A stretch of 64,000 nucleotides of DNA from Cladosporium halotolerans (lineage: Eukaryota): positions 248,001 through 312,000 of the forward strand of contig NW_027191455.1 in assembly GCF_011745625.1 (NCBI RefSeq), read 5' to 3'. The notes beneath the pieces are model-generated. The model made no database searches, was not told the DNA's origin, and worked only from the letters and a program-made list of their open reading frames with translations. Each line of letters starts with the position of its first letter. Position 1 is the stretch's first letter. This document shows, piece by piece, positions 25,292-35,849 of this stretch. The position numbers and the translations under genes were made by a program.

Positions 25292-27166
25292 ATGGCCGCG
25301 AAATTTATTGAGGCGCTCAAAGCGCCCAAGCCGGATCCCAAGCCGCTCTACGAGCTCGACAAATACCTCACCCTCCGCACCTACATCAACGGCTACAGCC
25401 AGACCGACGATGACATCGAGCTCTGGAAGGCCGTGAGACAACACAAGGTCGCGATCGGCCTCGTCAAGCAGGGCAACAAGGTCGTGCCTAACCTGGCAAG
25501 ATGGTTCACATTCATTGAGGAGACGGCACACCCGACCATCGACGTGCCCATCCGCTCGAAAGAGGGTGCATCGGATGGCTCCAACTTTGAGATTGGCCTG
25601 CCGGACACCGAGAAGGGCGTTGTCACACGTTTCCCGCCGGAGCCTTCTGGCTACCTACACGTCGGTCACATGAAGGCTGCCCTTCTCAACGACTACTTTG
25701 CGCACAAGAAGTACAATGGCAAGATGTTCTTGCGCTTTGACGATACCAACCCTACCAAGGAGAAGCAGGAGTACCAGGACTCTATCGTCAAGGACCTTGA
25801 GCTCATGGCGATTAAGCCTGATGCCGTGACCTACACCAGCGACTACTTCCAGCTTCTGCACGACAAGTGCAAGGAGATGATCCAGCTCGGCCTCGCGTAC
25901 GCCGACAACACACCGCAAGAGCAGCTGCGCGCAGAGCGCATGGAGAGGATCGAGAGCGCACACCGCAACGATTCGATCGAGGACAGCCTTGCTCACTTCA
26001 AGGAGATGGAGCTTGGCTCGGAGGAGGGCACCAAGTGGTACATCAGGGCGAAGATTGACATGAGCAGTGTCAACGGCCGCATGCGTGACCCCGTCATCTA
26101 CCGCTGCAACCCCGAACCTCACCACCGCACCGGCAGCACCTGGAAGATGTACCCCACCTATGACTTCGCTTGCCCTATTGTTGACTCCGAGGAGGGCATC
26201 ACACACGCTCTCCGTACCACAGAGTACAACGACGCCAACGAGCAGTACCAGTGGATCCTCAAATCGCTGAACATGAGGAAGGTCCACAACTGGAACTTTG
26301 CCCGCATGGACTTCATCAAGACCTTCCTGTCCAAGCGTAAGCTGACTAAGGTCGTCGACACTGGCAAGGTCTGGGGCTGGGACGACCCTCGCATGCCCAC
26401 CGTCCGCGGTGTGCGCAGACGTGGCATGACCGTGCCGGCTCTGCAGGAGTACATCATCAAGCAAGGTCCCTCGAAGAACATCACCCTTCAGGACTGGAAC
26501 TCTTTCTGGGCTACCAACAAGAAGTACATTGACCCTACCGCCGCCCGCTACACTGCGGTCGAGTCGACAAACAAGGTCGTCTGCAACGTCACTGGTGCAC
26601 CGGAAGCCCCTCGCACCGAGGAGAAGGATGTCCACGCCAAGAACGCTGAGCTGGGCAAGAAGAAGGTTGTCTTCAGCAAGCGCATCATCCTCGACCAGGC
26701 AGATGCCCAGTCCTTTGAGGACAACGAGGAGATCACCCTGATGAACTGGGGCAACGCTATCGTTAAGAAGAAGTCTTACTCCCTGAACCCTCTGCAGCTG
26801 CTCAAGTCGGCCGACCAGAAGACCATCACCGAGCTCGAGCTTGAGCTGCACCTGCAGGGCGATGTCAAGAAGACCGCCAAGAAGGTTACTTGGCTGTCTG
26901 AGGACCAGGAGCTGATTCCTCTGACCATGTACGAGTTTGACTACCTGATCACCAAGGATAAGATGGAGGAGGAGGATTCGCTCGAGTCGTGCCTGAACCC
27001 GGTCACCGAGATCAAGACCGAGGCTTTGGCTGACTGCAACGTCGCCGGTCTGAAGGAGAACGACATCGTTCAGTTCGACCGCAAGGGCTTCTACCGCATC
27101 GACAAGCCCTTCCAGCATGGACAGAGCGTTGTCGCTTTCCAGATCCCCACTGGTAAGAACAAATAA
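25292..27166 (+). CDS. GUS1: Cytosolic glutamyl-tRNA synthetase
   Basis: TRFPPEPSGYLHVGH, RFDDTNP, YPTYDFACP, LSKRKL, GWDDPRMPTVRG. Confidence 0.97.
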   Translation: MAAKFIEALKAPKPDPKPLYELDKYLTLRTYINGYSQTDDDIELWKAVRQHKVAIGLVKQGNKVVPNLARWFTFIEETAHPTIDVPIRSKEGASDGSNFEIGLPDTEKGVVTRFPPEPSGYLHVGHMKAALLNDYFAHKKYNGKMFLRFDDTNPTKEKQEYQDSIVKDLELMAIKPDAVTYTSDYFQLLHDKCKEMIQLGLAYADNTPQEQLRAERMERIESAHRNDSIEDSLAHFKEMELGSEEGTKWYIRAKIDMSSVNGRMRDPVIYRCNPEPHHRTGSTWKMYPTYDFACPIVDSEEGITHALRTTEYNDANEQYQWILKSLNMRKVHNWNFARMDFIKTFLSKRKLTKVVDTGKVWGWDDPRMPTVRGVRRRGMTVPALQEYIIKQGPSKNITLQDWNSFWATNKKYIDPTAARYTAVESTNKVVCNVTGAPEAPRTEEKDVHAKNAELGKKKVVFSKRIILDQADAQSFEDNEEITLMNWGNAIVKKKSYSLNPLQLLKSADQKTITELELELHLQGDVKKTAKKVTWLSEDQELIPLTMYEFDYLITKDKMEEEDSLESCLNPVTEIKTEALADCNVAGLKENDIVQFDRKGFYRIDKPFQHGQSVVAFQIPTGKNK

Positions 27167-27411
27167 GCGCAGTTTGACGAGCTACTTTAGATTAGATGAT
27201 ATCAAGAGTGAAATGCTTACGGTAACCCAAACAAACAAGGTCTGCAAAGGCCCCGAGTCACACATCAATGAAGAAAGTGAAGTCATCTTTGAGCGAACTT
27301 CCCGCAGGGTAGTTTTTTCATAAACGTTTGCCAATATCTCTGCAACTGACACAGATGTACACTCATCACACACAAAACTCACAGAAGGCATGCTACTCCG
27401 AATTATCGACA

Positions 27412-27936
27412 ATGCCAACGCTCACGGATCTCCCACTCAAGCTGCGCAGTCACGTCTACCACTACACCTTGGTTGACGACGAGCCACAAGACGTTTCCAA
27501 ACCATGCTACGCTCCGCACCCAATGCTGCAAGTCTCGCAGCAGCTGAGAAGAGAGTGCCTCCCAGTATGCTACGGTACGAACACTTTCCAGCTCAAGCTC
27601 CGCCCCTTCGATCGCCACCGCACCGTCAGTGCGTTGGTGAAGCTCATGAGCAAGGAGGCCACCGCAAACATCCGCCTCCTGCAAGTCGATCTGTTCGACG
27701 ACGTTGAATTCAACACCTCGCTACTGAGCGGAGGCGAGCCTCAAGAGCAGTGGCTGGTGAAGCTCGAGACCTGGGAGCTCATTCCACTCATGGACTTCTA
27801 CCGCACCACGTTAATCTGTGGCGTCCATGTCGTCCTACGTAAGTTCTTAGGAGGATTGGAGTCGGAAGATGGGAGATTGGTCATGGGGAAGGACGACTTA
27901 TCCTTCTTGATTGATTCGGTGCGGCTGGAGAGATAG
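27412..27936 (+). CDS. Hypothetical protein with F-box-like N-terminal motif; possible premature stop
   Basis: LTDLPLKLRSHVYHYTL ... MLQVSQQLRRECLPVCYGTNTF pattern typical of lineage-expanded ascomycete hypotheticals; the frame stays open 44 codons past the TAG. Confidence 0.65.
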   Translation: MPTLTDLPLKLRSHVYHYTLVDDEPQDVSKPCYAPHPMLQVSQQLRRECLPVCYGTNTFQLKLRPFDRHRTVSALVKLMSKEATANIRLLQVDLFDDVEFNTSLLSGGEPQEQWLVKLETWELIPLMDFYRTTLICGVHVVLRKFLGGLESEDGRLVMGKDDLSFLIDSVRLER

Positions 27937-28242
27937 GTGAGACTGGGACCGCATGACACTGGAGGGCGCTTCGGTGATGATATGGAAGAGTATTATGAGT
28001 CCTTTGGACGACTTTGGGAGGAGGAGCTGCCGGTCGAAAGGGATTTGGATGATCGCCCGGTACACTGGTGATGAAAAACTTGGAAACTACCTAGGTAATG
28101 CAAATCTGATTATCCATACTTGGGAATGATGGCATCGTAATTGTTGATAATAGAATCGATGATGCTCGAACCCGGAAGACATTGTTTTTTGAATGTTATA
28201 TGTGAGAAATGTGTGAAGATGGCATCACATGATACCACTCCA

Positions 28243-28327
28243 TCCCGCGTGGCACAATTGGCTAGCGCGTGAGACTTTTACGATTATCGTGATCTCAAGG
28301 TTGAGAGTTCGAGCCTCTCCGTGGGAG
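28243..28327 (+). tRNA. tRNA-Lys(UUU) with 11-nt intron (28281-28291)
   Basis: TCCCGCG/CGTGGGA acceptor, TGAGA-CT TTT A[intron]A-TCTCA anticodon arm, GAGAG-TTCGAGC-CTCTC T arm, downstream T-runs. Confidence 0.92.
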
Positions 28328-28633
28328 TTAAGCTTTTGCTTTTTGGGCGCCTTAACAATGCCTTGATTGATTTTGAAATGATCATGATGGCGATTAAGGA
28401 ACAATGTATCTTTTTTGGCTTTGGAGGCGAAGCAGTCATCTGGCGGGCTTCTCTCAAGCGTGAATTGCGGCGGACGGCATGAACGACTGAATGTCGCTAA
28501 CTTGAAGCAGTTGACGCCAACATCTATCTTTGAAACAGAACCAAGCGATTGCTTACGACGAAATGTATTTTTACTGGAAATGAAGTGGGACCACAAATCA
28601 AGAGAGCTGGCTACGTTACAAGTCACATCTATT

Positions 28634-29848
28634 CTACGCTCCCGTACTCATCGCTTTCCTCCCGACCTCAAACCTCTTCAGCATATCTGTATTGTAACCC
28701 TTCGGCAAACTTGACGAGGGCTTCTCGCGTCCAGGGAGCGTTTGAGGTGGTAATTTTCTCTCCGGTAGCTTTCGCTCCGGTCGTTTTGCTTCAGGCGTCC
28801 TGATTGAAGGAAACTTGTAGCCGTTCATCGAGATGCGGTTGCCAGAGCCTGTCGTTGCCCTCTGCTGGTTCTGGACCTGCTGTAGTTGCTGTCGTAATTG
28901 CTTTATTTCACTCCGTGCTGCATCAAGCTCCTTTTGTAGATCTTTAGTCTCGCCTTTCAGATTGTCGGCCTCTTCTTGTGTGGCAAGGTGCTCAGCCTTG
29001 CCACCCTTCTTATTCTTCTTGATGCGTTCCTCTGCTGCGCTGACGGCTTCTTCCCTTTTCTTCAGCTCTTCGTCAGCCTTGCTCTGGCTTTGGACCTTCT
29101 CATCGATAGCCTGCTCCTTGGAAGCGAGCTCTTGCTCCCGCTTGGCAAGGTCATCGCTTCTTTGCTTCACATCAGCCTCAACCTGCTGGGCCTGCTTCTC
29201 CTTCTCTACTACAGCCTGCTCTCTCTTCTTTAGCTCATCCGTCGCAGCAGCGTCGTTTCTTGCCTTATTCGCCGCCTGCTTCTGCTCGTCCTTCCACTTC
29301 TTCAGCTCCGGCGTCGGATCCAGGGCCCAGCTCATACCGTAACTCCACTTTTCGAACTCGCTGTATGGCATGTTGTACAAGGTGCCCGAATTGGCGTCTC
29401 TGTTGGTGGACATGCCAATGTAGGCGCCTTCGCCCTGATAGCAGTCCCACGTGTGCAGAAAGCCGTCCTCGACCTGTGTCGTCCCGAGCCAATACGATCC
29501 TGGCACACCGCCCTGGTAGACGTACCACCAGTTGGGATACTCGTTTAGGCACATCTGGGCTTTGCAGTTGGGGCTGCTGGACGCGAGGTATTTGCCGGTG
29601 CGCGCGTCCTTCAGCGCCACTTTTGACCGGTCGTTGCCATCGAACTGTACGAACCATTTGCAGTCGGGCACGTCGCGCGGCGGACAGGTCGTGGCGCCTG
29701 GTACGTTGTGGTTGAAGGTCAGAGCCTGGTTGCCGCTGGAGCAGACGTTTTTGATGTAGTAGGAGGAGCCTGTTGGGAAGGCGTCGTTTTCCCAGTCCAG
29801 CAATTGGACCCGTGGGTGATTTGGGATGTTGCTGGGAGGTACGGCCAT
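28634..29848 (-). CDS. Hypothetical protein: putative beta-trefoil (ricin-B/fascin-like) N-domain plus long coiled coil
   Basis: 404-aa ORF; YYIKNV, CKWFVQ, VALKDARTGKYL, WWYVYQ, MSWALDP repeats-like pattern; E/K/Q-rich heptads from about aa 180-330; no signal peptide. Confidence 0.65.
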   Translation of the reverse strand: MAVPPSNIPNHPRVQLLDWENDAFPTGSSYYIKNVCSSGNQALTFNHNVPGATTCPPRDVPDCKWFVQFDGNDRSKVALKDARTGKYLASSSPNCKAQMCLNEYPNWWYVYQGGVPGSYWLGTTQVEDGFLHTWDCYQGEGAYIGMSTNRDANSGTLYNMPYSEFEKWSYGMSWALDPTPELKKWKDEQKQAANKARNDAAATDELKKREQAVVEKEKQAQQVEADVKQRSDDLAKREQELASKEQAIDEKVQSQSKADEELKKREEAVSAAEERIKKNKKGGKAEHLATQEEADNLKGETKDLQKELDAARSEIKQLRQQLQQVQNQQRATTGSGNRISMNGYKFPSIRTPEAKRPERKLPERKLPPQTLPGREKPSSSLPKGYNTDMLKRFEVGRKAMSTGA

Positions 29849-31020
29849 GTTCGATGGTTTGTTAGGGAAACTTAGAGCAGTGGGTTGATCCTTCTTGTTT
29901 ACAATGTCCTTTTGACAGAATGCTTTTGACGTTCAGGACCGGTTTCTCTGATCGGTGGTATCGCTCACTGGTCCCGTTGACCTCGGAATGTGCGACTCCA
30001 AGGAATTGTTGATATGTGGGCAGCGGAGCTATTCGATAGACCTGCCGCGAAACAACTCACCCTCTTTTCGTCAGACGTCTTCTTGGAGCAGCTGGCACGA
30101 GTACAGAAAGTGCATTGATTAGACCCGAAGAGACGCCATTCTACCTGCGAGCATCGCTTTCGTCTTGTGGCAGCTGGTTACGCGGAGCTTGCGCGGTTCA
30201 AACTCCGTAGCTCCTAGTGCATCGAGTCTTGACATGGTGATAGTCCCCGCGTGTTGTCAGCGTGCATAATCTCCACCAGGATGAAGTCAATTGTCGCATC
30301 TAGCAAGACCGGCGTCCCAAGCGCTCGGTGAAGACTGGAGCATGTGCGGGGCCGTTCAGCATTAGCGATCAGCGTCCACTATCAATTTAGGGCGTCTAGA
30401 AGTGAAATGCGGTAAGAGCGGCTGAGTGGATGTAGCTGCTTGGTGCCCGCAGATTCCCAAAATGGAAAATGAACGAAGCTTGGAGGCTGGGAGATGCAGA
30501 TGTCGATGCAATCATTGTGGAGTTGGCTCCGCAAAACAAATTCCCGATCTTTGATCATCCTCGGTGTGTCTCTTCTGAGATGACCATCATGTTGAATACG
30601 TCGGCTGATCGGAAATTTTATCGTTCTTGTAATCCGACCGTATCATTTTTGAAACGAGGTAGTCGACAGAGGTCGTTGTGTCGCGTGAAGAGGTACCTGA
30701 TCCCGGCGGTTGAATCCGATTTCGCCAAACCTTGCGGACATCTACCGGTAACACGGGAGAACTACATGAAAACTAATGTTCGGTCCGTCACCTCCGCTCG
30801 GCGTATCCTTGCACATGCGCTAGTTGACGATCTACGCATTCTAGGATCATGTCCCAAGCACAAGCTAACGGACAGAGCTCCCTCGTCGATCAAGCCATTG
30901 CAGTACTGCTCTGCCCGTTGTGTTTATATTCGAGCATGATTGAACTTCATAGTCCTGACCTGACTTGAACTCTGCTGCTTGCTTCAAGTACTTTCCTAAT
31001 AACAACAACATCATTTCACA

Positions 31021-31426
31021 ATGGGCGTGTACGTCATCAGCCGTAATGAAGCAACACGCACCTGCCTCATCCTTCTGACATCTCCAATAGTGAACTCCTA
31101 GACGACCCCGCGGGCACTCCGCTTGGCCGCAGAAAGCAGCTGAAGGAGCTGTCCAAGATGTCCGACGAGGAGATCAAGAACCTCTCGCCGGATCAGATCA
31201 AAGAAATCATGAAGAACGGCGCCGACCTGAACGAGAAGTTCGAGCCCAACCAGAAGGACAGCTCGCTTAAGATCCGCATCGAATTGGACCTGGAGGTCGA
31301 GGTCCACCTGACAGCCCGCGTCCAGGGTGACGTGACCATTGGCTTGCTGTGAGCTATTGCTGTAATGCAGATCCGGTGTTTACTCGCGGATGGTTTCGCT
31401 GACTGACGGTTTTCAGGTCAAGCTGA
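31021..31426 (+). CDS. Small conserved fungal protein with C-terminal LKIRIELDLEVEVHLTARVQGDVTIGLL motif
   Basis: ATG 31021 and intron 31029-31090 join to the 31158 ORF frame; probable terminal intron 31349-31416 (GTGAGC...GCTGAC...TTTCAG), otherwise stop at 31352. Confidence 0.75.
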
Positions 31427-31811
31427 AGGCGATGAGCATTGTTAAATTTGAGACGGCCATGATAGTGTCACTGTCAGCGTTGCAGCCTGGCATTTGTATA
31501 TAATGTGATGAAATGAATATACCCGGTGGTACAAAGATTGGTGTTTCGTAGCTTTCCCGCGTTTCAGCTTCGCGTGTCCTACGTCAACATCACGACTTGC
31601 TATATTTGAGCTACGTTCAGCTTGAAACGAACAGCGCATTTCATAACTTTTGCTCCAAGTGACGAATATGGGAGATTCTGTAGTCGTGGGTGCGGGGATC
31701 CTACCGAGCAAAGATCGTCTGCCGAACATCTTGATTCCACATCCTACAATGTAAACCTTTCGCCCCCAATACACCTTCATCTGTACTCTCCCACACCACA
31801 CGCACCGCAAA

Positions 31812-32516
31812 ATGGTCTTCGGAATTCTCACAGCAACAGCCGCCTGCCCCGCAATCATCGGCACAACCGAAGCGATCCGACACGGGCAAAAGAAGAACAA
31901 CCGCGAAGAGCACCGGGGCCGCAAATACCACCTGACCGTCTCGCTGCTCAAACGCAGTCGCTACTCCGCCCAATTTGACGGCTCCTACATTGTGCTGAAA
32001 CACAACAAGCTGTACGTCGACACGCGGCGCGACGCGCGCGAGCAGTTCTTCCCGGCCACGGCCAACTACCTGCCCTTCCCTGGCAAGAAGGAAGTGTGGC
32101 GCAAAGCCGGGTTCGCGGGCGGCGAGGGCTTTGTGACGATGATAAACGACCAGAGGTTTCTGAACTGGGTGTATGTGGATAAAAGGACGCATGAGGTGAA
32201 GTATGGAGTCCGGGCGGAGGCTGAGCCGCAGATTGTTGGGCCGTGGGATTGTACGAAGATGGAGAGAAGGTTGACGTTTCAGGGCTGGGAGGGGTTTATT
32301 GCGGTGCAAGAGGAGGATGGGGATGATATGTGGGCGCTGTATTTTGATGTTGCGGACGATGGGTTGACTGAGGAGGGACAAATTGGGACCCAGAAGAAGA
32401 GGATGCTGGAGGTTGAGGTTTGGAGGAAGGAGATGCGCAGGGATTATGATGATGCGTTGCAGGAGAGAACGGAGCGGATGGAAATGCGCGAAGAGCTGGG
32501 GCATACTGTGGAATAG
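31812..32516 (+). CDS. Conserved fungal hypothetical protein
   Basis: 234 aa, strong codon bias; motifs ACPAIIGTTEA, LNWVYVD..T.E.KYG, GPWDCT...RLTFQGWEGFIAVQE, WALYFD recalled from an uncharacterised ascomycete family. Confidence 0.8.
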   Translation: MVFGILTATAACPAIIGTTEAIRHGQKKNNREEHRGRKYHLTVSLLKRSRYSAQFDGSYIVLKHNKLYVDTRRDAREQFFPATANYLPFPGKKEVWRKAGFAGGEGFVTMINDQRFLNWVYVDKRTHEVKYGVRAEAEPQIVGPWDCTKMERRLTFQGWEGFIAVQEEDGDDMWALYFDVADDGLTEEGQIGTQKKRMLEVEVWRKEMRRDYDDALQERTERMEMREELGHTVE

Positions 32517-32672
32517 TGATCTCATGAGTTACGACGACATGAAAGTGAGCAGACAGTGGACAAAACGATACTTGCTGCCGTCGGAAAGGACTACCAGGTA
32601 TATCGGCTCTATCTAAGGGTGATATGGCTGTTGCCCGAAGATTATATTCGTTGTGGAGGCGCCGCGTTACAC

Positions 32673-33809
32673 TCACCCAAGCCTCCCATTCATAGCCTGA
32701 AGCAAGGCATAAAGCGCGGCCAGAGTAGGCACATCCATGCCAAACTCCTTCGCCTTCTTCAAAGGCGTTCCCAAAATAACATCGATCTCCAGCTTTCGGC
32801 CTTCCTTAGCATCCACATACATCGAGCTGTAAATGCCAGGCAGAGCCAAGATCCTTTCAATCAGCACGTCCGCCAAGTCGTCCTTCAGCGGCACACCGCA
32901 CCTCTGCCCGACCTGCGTGACCTCAAGCATGAGCCGCCTCGTCATCTCCATGGCCTCCGGCGTCGACAGCCAGGCCTGCGTGTCTACGCCCGTCAGCGTC
33001 GTGATGCTATTCCACGCGACGTTCCAGACGACCTTCTCCCAGCGCTTGAGCTGCACGTTCTCCTCGACAGAGATGTTCGTGCCGCCCTGCCGCATCAGCG
33101 CCGCAAAGTTGTCGAGCCTCTCACTCTCAAGCTCGACGGGCACTCTGTCGTTGGGGAACAGGCCGACTTCGGTGTTCTCGGCTTGCATGTGCTTGATGTA
33201 GCCCGAGGAAGTCTGCGTGGCGCCGACCCAGACGACGCCGGAGATGATGGTGCATTGCGGGAACTTCTCGCGGAATGGGTCTTCGTTGCCCACGCCGTTC
33301 TGCATGATGACGAAGGTTGTTTTGGAGTCCGTCACTGACTCGAAGAGGGGCGGGATTGCGGATGGGTTGACGGCTTTATGGGCGCAGACGATGTAGTCGA
33401 ATTTGTGGCTTGCTTCGGACGGGGACCGATAGACTTGTTTGGATGTAAGTATGGTGCTGGGTGTTTACATGTGGTGTTGTACGAACCGGCATCGAAAAAT
33501 ACCTGGTGAGTTCCATGGTTGTGACTCTCTATTGTCAAGCCCTTGAGGATACATTAGCTTGAGAAATCTGTAGCGTGATGGGCATGGGTTATTGCCCACC
33601 TTTTCCTTGACCACATCATAATTGGTTCTTGCTACTACACTCAAGGACACATTTGGAGCACGATTGAGGATGAATGCGTAGAATCCGCCAATCCTGTTGT
33701 GTCTATGTCAGCAATCAACAGGTCTGTGTTTGGCTATAAACGAGAGCACTCACGCTCCCAGCCCGAATAAAAGCACCCTTGTTGGTGGGGTTTCATTTGA
33801 GGTTGCCAT
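32673..33809 (-). CDS. Ketopantoate reductase PanE/ApbA family
   Basis: VLLFGLGA/IGGFYA Rossmann motif, FDYIVCAHK, QNGVGNE, WEKVVWNVAWN, SSMYVD, LEIDVILG; introns 33753-33694, 33599-33542, 33486-33434. Confidence 0.9.
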
Positions 33810-34547
33810 TGCTTGTTTGCACCTGTCCGAGTTCCAGGGACTGTTGCTCAGGCCCAGCAGATACGGTTCGTTGTTCTGTCCAAACAACACCCCTCAGCTC
33901 CACGCAAGTCAAAGGCCGATGGGGAAGCTTGTCAAATGCCTCCTTCGACGCACGCCCTTCACACGACAAGCAGCAAAGATATGAAGTCCTCAGGAGGGCT
34001 TTCGAGTGGCTTCTACGAGATTGCTGAAAGGTCAAAACTAAGGATATATTTTGTTGTCATCTGCATCCATGTATCTCTGGCTAATGGACTGCTTCGGTTT
34101 GGTCGTTCCTCCGACCTCGGCTCTTGATCGCCGTCCATGTCGGAGTGAAGTGTTGCCTCAGTCAAATGAAGCGTACCCAGCCACTTGGTGAGCTTGTGCA
34201 GACTATCTTCGTATCGTCAGAATTCATGCAGCAATATCTTTAGATGAAGAGCCCTCTGTCATGTGACAGGTCGTCTTCAAGATCACCACGTGAACTGCGA
34301 AGCCCATCCGCCGGCGATTGTGCTAAGTGCCCCGCGCGCCAGACAGCGCGCTTGGAAACCCACCTTCGCCCACCGACAGACGACGTCCTAAGTCGATCTT
34401 GCTTCTCATCAGCCTGACTGACCATCTACTTCCCACTCACTTTCCCCCAGCATTCCTACCTCCACCATCCGCTTATATTCAGCGAGCATAAAATACAAAC
34501 ACCGATAAAAGCATGCCATCATAGCCACAATCCTCACAGAAAAACCC

Positions 34548-35849
34548 ATGTCCTCCCTCTACCAATCCCGCTGGGCAGACCCGCCCCCACCAGCAGCACC
34601 ACCCACGACCACGACAACCGCACCGACGACCTCAGAGCGAGAATCAAAACAACCCGACCACGAGCCCGCGGCCGCACCTTCACCACCTTCCGACCCCGAG
34701 CCCTCCACCGCGCAACCTCAACCTCAACCCCAAACCGCCGACCCCTCCCACCTCTCCACCCCCGCGCACACCCTCTCCGCCTCCGCGACCTCCTTCTCCC
34801 CCACCGCCGCGCCCCTCTCGCCCGCTCTCCCACCCCCGGACGTCTCGACGTCCGACGAATTCGCGCAAACCGGCGGCCAAGAATCCGACCTCTTCGACGA
34901 CTCCCTCGCCCCCGCGGCCGAGGAGTCGATGCAGACGCGGCCGCCGGACGACCTGTTCGGCGACGACGGCTTCGAGCCCGTGCAGGGCGAGGAAGCGGTC
35001 GTCGAGCCCGTCGTCGAGCCGGTGCGGGAGGAGAGAGTGGCTGTCGCTGTGGCTGTGGACGGGGCTGCGGGGAGGGGGAGAGGGCGTGGACGGGGAGGGC
35101 GCGGGAGGGGAGGGAGGAAGGAGCAGGCGCAGACGCAGACGCAGGAGGCTAAGGAAGAGGGTGCTGCTGCTCCGCAGCAAGCGCCCGACAACGCGCCCAC
35201 GGGCCCGAAGAAGGAAACCATCGCCTCGGTGCGCGGCGACCGGCGGGGCACGGGCGGGGTGCGCAAGCCGAAGCTGAGCGAGACGGAGCTGGCGGAGAAG
35301 ATGGCTGCGATCTCGGTGCGGAACGCGGCGCGGACGGCGGCGCACGCGCGGGCGGAGGCGGACGCGGCGTCGTTCGCGGAGCGCGAGCAGGCGGCCAAGA
35401 CGCAGGCTGCGGCGCGCGCGAAGGAGGAGCGGCGCGACAGGCAGCAGATGATGGGGGAGAGGGAGCGGAATCGGCTGCGGAAGCTGAAGGCGCTGGAGGG
35501 GAGGGAGTGGGATATGGAGAAGAGCGAGGGGGATTTCGAGAAGGGGGGGAGGTTTGATGGGAAGCCTGGGGGGTTTGCGGGGGATAGGGAGGGGTGGACG
35601 GATGGGAGGGAGTATCTTTATCGGGAGCCGAGGGAGAGGAGGGGAGGTGGTGGTGGTGGTGGGGGTGGGGCGAGAGGGGGCCAGCAGCAGGGACAGAGTG
35701 CGCCGCCGAAGAAAGAGGACTTCCCGTCGTTACCTCCTAGCAAGAATAGTGAGGGAGAGGGGAAGAAGAAGGAAGCGGACCCGGAGTTTTTCAAGGACAC
35801 GGCGAATACTGGCAAGTCGTGGGCCGATCAGGTCGAGTCTTCTGGCTAG
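34548..35849 (+). CDS. Hypothetical disordered protein with RG/RGG tracts and a coiled coil (possible RNA-binding)
   Basis: 433 aa; GRGRGRGGRGRGG, SVRGDRRGTGG..KPKLSE.EL, helical AAHARAEADAASF...REWD, DFPSLP, SWADQVE. Confidence 0.8.
   Translation: MSSLYQSRWADPPPPAAPPTTTTTAPTTSERESKQPDHEPAAAPSPPSDPEPSTAQPQPQPQTADPSHLSTPAHTLSASATSFSPTAAPLSPALPPPDVSTSDEFAQTGGQESDLFDDSLAPAAEESMQTRPPDDLFGDDGFEPVQGEEAVVEPVVEPVREERVAVAVAVDGAAGRGRGRGRGGRGRGGRKEQAQTQTQEAKEEGAAAPQQAPDNAPTGPKKETIASVRGDRRGTGGVRKPKLSETELAEKMAAISVRNAARTAAHARAEADAASFAEREQAAKTQAAARAKEERRDRQQMMGERERNRLRKLKALEGREWDMEKSEGDFEKGGRFDGKPGGFAGDREGWTDGREYLYREPRERRGGGGGGGGGARGGQQQGQSAPPKKEDFPSLPPSKNSEGEGKKKEADPEFFKDTANTGKSWADQVESSG

Noticed and set aside
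30165..30215. B-box/T-loop-like GGTTCAAACTCC
   Set aside because: No cloverleaf or A-box can be built around it
30469..30939. 156-aa ATG ORF in the divergent intergenic region
   Set aside because: No codon bias or motif; probably promoter sequence
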